DNA of 64,000 nucleotides from an uncultured Bacilli bacterium (GTDB lineage Bacteria; Bacillota_I; Bacilli_A; RF39; UBA660): NCBI GenBank assembly GCA_944332475.1, contig CALVKA010000002.1, positions 391,147 to 455,146 of the forward strand, read 5' to 3'. Shown piece by piece: positions 62,050 to 64,000 of this stretch (position 1 is its first letter; each line of letters starts with the position of its first letter). The notes under the pieces were generated by a model. It saw only the letters and a program-made list of their open reading frames with translations, ran no database searches and was not told where the DNA came from. The position numbers and the translations under genes were made by a program.

Positions 62050-62170
62050 AATGGGCATAGATAAGTTTAGATTTTATGATTTGAGGAAGCTATACTACTA
62101 AAACATTGAATAATGAGATTGCTATTCGTGAAGTTGCTGATATACTAGGGCATAAAAATGTATAAATAAA
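62050..62170 (+). pseudogene. Remnant of a tyrosine-recombinase/integrase C-terminus (frameshifted, ~45 codons)
   Basis: Frame 1 reads MGIDKFRFYDLRKLYY*. An adjacent frame reads LNNEIAIREVADILGHKNV*. Together these mimic the integrase box II region (...HDLRHT...LGHssi) with His to Tyr substitutions and a frameshift. Confidence 0.4.
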
Positions 62171-62191
62171 CAGGAAGAAAGAGGAGATATA

Positions 62192-62677
62192 ATGGATAAG
62201 GTAAAAAAAACTAAAACAAAAAAAGTAGAAGAAATTTTAAGCTTTCCTGATTATGTTTTTGAGATAGATGGTAAAGATATTACAAATACCAAAATTACAT
62301 ATTCCTATGCTAATACAGAGGTTATAAATAGTCCTTTAATTTTCTTAGAATTATCAGGTGTCACTGTTGATGATAATAAAGATGCTTCTCTTTGTTTTAC
62401 ACTTGAGCTGGATTTAGAAACTTTAAATAAATTTGATAGCAATAAAATAGAAGATATTACAAAATATCTATTAGAAAGCGAATCATTTGTTAAAAGGCCA
62501 AATGAAGATAAGGCTCAATTTTTAAATGGTTATCTACCTACTAATAAAAAAACTGACATGTTTCATCAGTTAACAAGCCTTTATGTTTTTAAATTAGATA
62601 ATAATAAGTTTCTTTTTAAATTAACTGTTCCTAGTGACAATATATTTACGTATTTTGAAATTAATTTTAAAAATTAA
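62192..62677 (+). CDS. Hypothetical protein
   Basis: 161 aa with RBS GAGGAG. No recognisable family. Followed by a 670-bp AT-rich non-coding tract. Confidence 0.45.
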   Translation: MDKVKKTKTKKVEEILSFPDYVFEIDGKDITNTKITYSYANTEVINSPLIFLELSGVTVDDNKDASLCFTLELDLETLNKFDSNKIEDITKYLLESESFVKRPNEDKAQFLNGYLPTNKKTDMFHQLTSLYVFKLDNNKFLFKLTVPSDNIFTYFEINFKN

Positions 62678-63349
62678 AAATATTTAATTCTTAAGCTATA
62701 AATCCTTGAAATATCAGTAATTACATAAATATTATAATATAAAAATCAGCATAATCTCATATTCCAACATGAACACATAATATTATAAATATCTATAATT
62801 CTTTAATTGGTATAACCTGTGAATTGGGAAAAGAAGATAAAAACTGTTGTGGATAAACACATAAAAGAAAGAAGGTGTTAACAAAATAAAATGTTGACAC
62901 TTTTTAATGTTTATATAATTATATAGCAAAAGACATACGTTTATGTTATTATAATATAAAATAGTAGAAATAGGAATGATATAAAATTCATAGATTGAAG
63001 TAAATTAAAAATATGTTTCAGAGCCAACAAGTAATAATAGCAAACGGAGTTTGAAAAAGGAGATTCCAAGGAAAATAGATAGAACATTAAATCTAAATCA
63101 TAGTGATAAAAAGGTATAACAATCTTGTAAGAAAAAATCCAAAAAAAAGAGAAATTTAAAACAAAGAAGATTTATGTAATAAATTTTCAAGATTTAAACA
63201 AAGTGATGATATCTCTTTCTTAGTAATAGATAATAAAAAACAAGGTAGAAGCAATTCTAAAAAATATCAAGAAGTTATCAAGTAAATAATAAATATTTAA
63301 TATTTGTAAGAAATAAAATATAGTATAATAAAATAGAAGGAGTAATAAA

Positions 63350-63877
63350 ATGAAAATAGAAACCGACATGTCAAATGATTTTTTTCACTGTTTTGATGAA
63401 GCAAGAGGAGTTGCCCAACATAAAGCAAAAATTCTACAGACAAAATCAGCAAGACCATCATCCTATTTGCAAGGAAAAATTGTTACCGTTTGTATTTTAT
63501 TGCTTATGAGTGCCGTGCTACTGTTTTTAGGTTGTATAAATATTAGATTTATTACAGCTTCCTGGCTTATAATAATATTAGCAATCATTTATCTTCTTCA
63601 TGCTTTAGCAACCATCATAGTAATCCACAATATCAGAAAAAAACAAAATTTTAAAAATTCAATTATAATAGATAAAAATGGAATAACAGATGAATCCTAT
63701 TATGGAATCAAAATGATTTTTAGTTGGGACAAAATTAAAGGATTTGTTGTGGGAAAATACACAGTCACAATATTAACGGATACTCCTATTTATTTTTATT
63801 TTAATATTTCCAAAAAAGATGAAATATTAAAAGCCATTGAAAAATATGAACCAAGGGATAAAAAATTATCAAAATAG
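63350..63877 (+). CDS. Hypothetical membrane protein (two TM helices plus a C-terminal bacterial PH-like region; YcxB-like architecture)
   Basis: RBS AGAAGGAG. TM hairpin VTVCILLLMSAVLLFLGC / ASWLIIILAIIYLLHAL, then KIKGFVVGKYTVTILTDTPIYFYF. Confidence 0.45.
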   Translation: MKIETDMSNDFFHCFDEARGVAQHKAKILQTKSARPSSYLQGKIVTVCILLLMSAVLLFLGCINIRFITASWLIIILAIIYLLHALATIIVIHNIRKKQNFKNSIIIDKNGITDESYYGIKMIFSWDKIKGFVVGKYTVTILTDTPIYFYFNISKKDEILKAIEKYEPRDKKLSK

Positions 63878-64000
63878 TTTGATAATTTTTTTATACAAAA
63901 GAAAGTGTCAATTAGATAAAAAAACAAATAAAATAAAAAAGGAAATGAAAAATGAGTGATATAATTAATATGATAATATAAAGAAAGGCAGGGCAAATGA

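Noticed and set aside
62848-62856. Perfect DnaA box TGTGGATAA as evidence of a second origin or plasmid-like replicon
   Set aside because: It is a single isolated box with no cluster or adjacent initiator gene. It is more likely chance or a solitary regulatory DnaA site.

Overview
This window is an AT-rich (by eye roughly 30% GC; not computed) low-GC Firmicutes chromosome. It spans the replication origin and shows Bacillus-like synteny. On the minus strand lie gyrA (partial), gyrB, recF, a ComK-family gene, dnaN and dnaA. The bipartite oriC region follows, with DnaA-box clusters and an AT-rich unwinding element. On the plus strand come rpmH, rnpA, yidC, jag, mnmE, mnmG, rsmG, a Noc/ParB-like gene, soj, spo0J, mscS, a DUF951 gene, an AbgT-family transporter and ychF. 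Further plus-strand genes are rpsF, ssb, rpsR, a DHH phosphoesterase, rplI, the replicative helicase, an M23/LysM/G5 peptidase, a WalJ-like MBL hydrolase, rlmH and ung. Later genes include argS, rpoE (delta), prfA, prmC, spoIIR, mntP, fba, murA, rpmE, rdgB, rpiB, a SpoIIQ-like M23 protein, mreB/mbl, tagO, csp, hpf and secA. No rRNA, tRNA or CRISPR arrays were seen. Six observations stand out. (1) A complete agr-type quorum-sensing locus is split into convergent units: LytTR regulator plus AgrC-like kinase on the plus strand, and agrB plus a 40-aa AgrD-like pro-peptide (missed by the ORF track; predicted thiolactone core CAWWF) on the minus strand. (2) A 16-nt motif TTTTTTCGACAAAATT is shared by the agrBD promoter and the promoter of the ComK-like gene. 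(3) That ComK-like gene sits inside the dnaA-dnaN-recF-gyrBA origin cluster in the slot normally held by yaaA. (4) Two diverged ~590-aa paralogs of unknown function have consensus sigma-A promoters and C-terminal tandem GMSxEEI repeats, and flank pta-lemA. (5) A Noc/ParB-like protein carries a ~250-aa low-complexity insertion. (6) The right-hand edge shows an integrase remnant and a 670-bp AT-rich non-coding tract, suggesting an accessory boundary. All family assignments come from reading the translated ORFs; no database searches were run.
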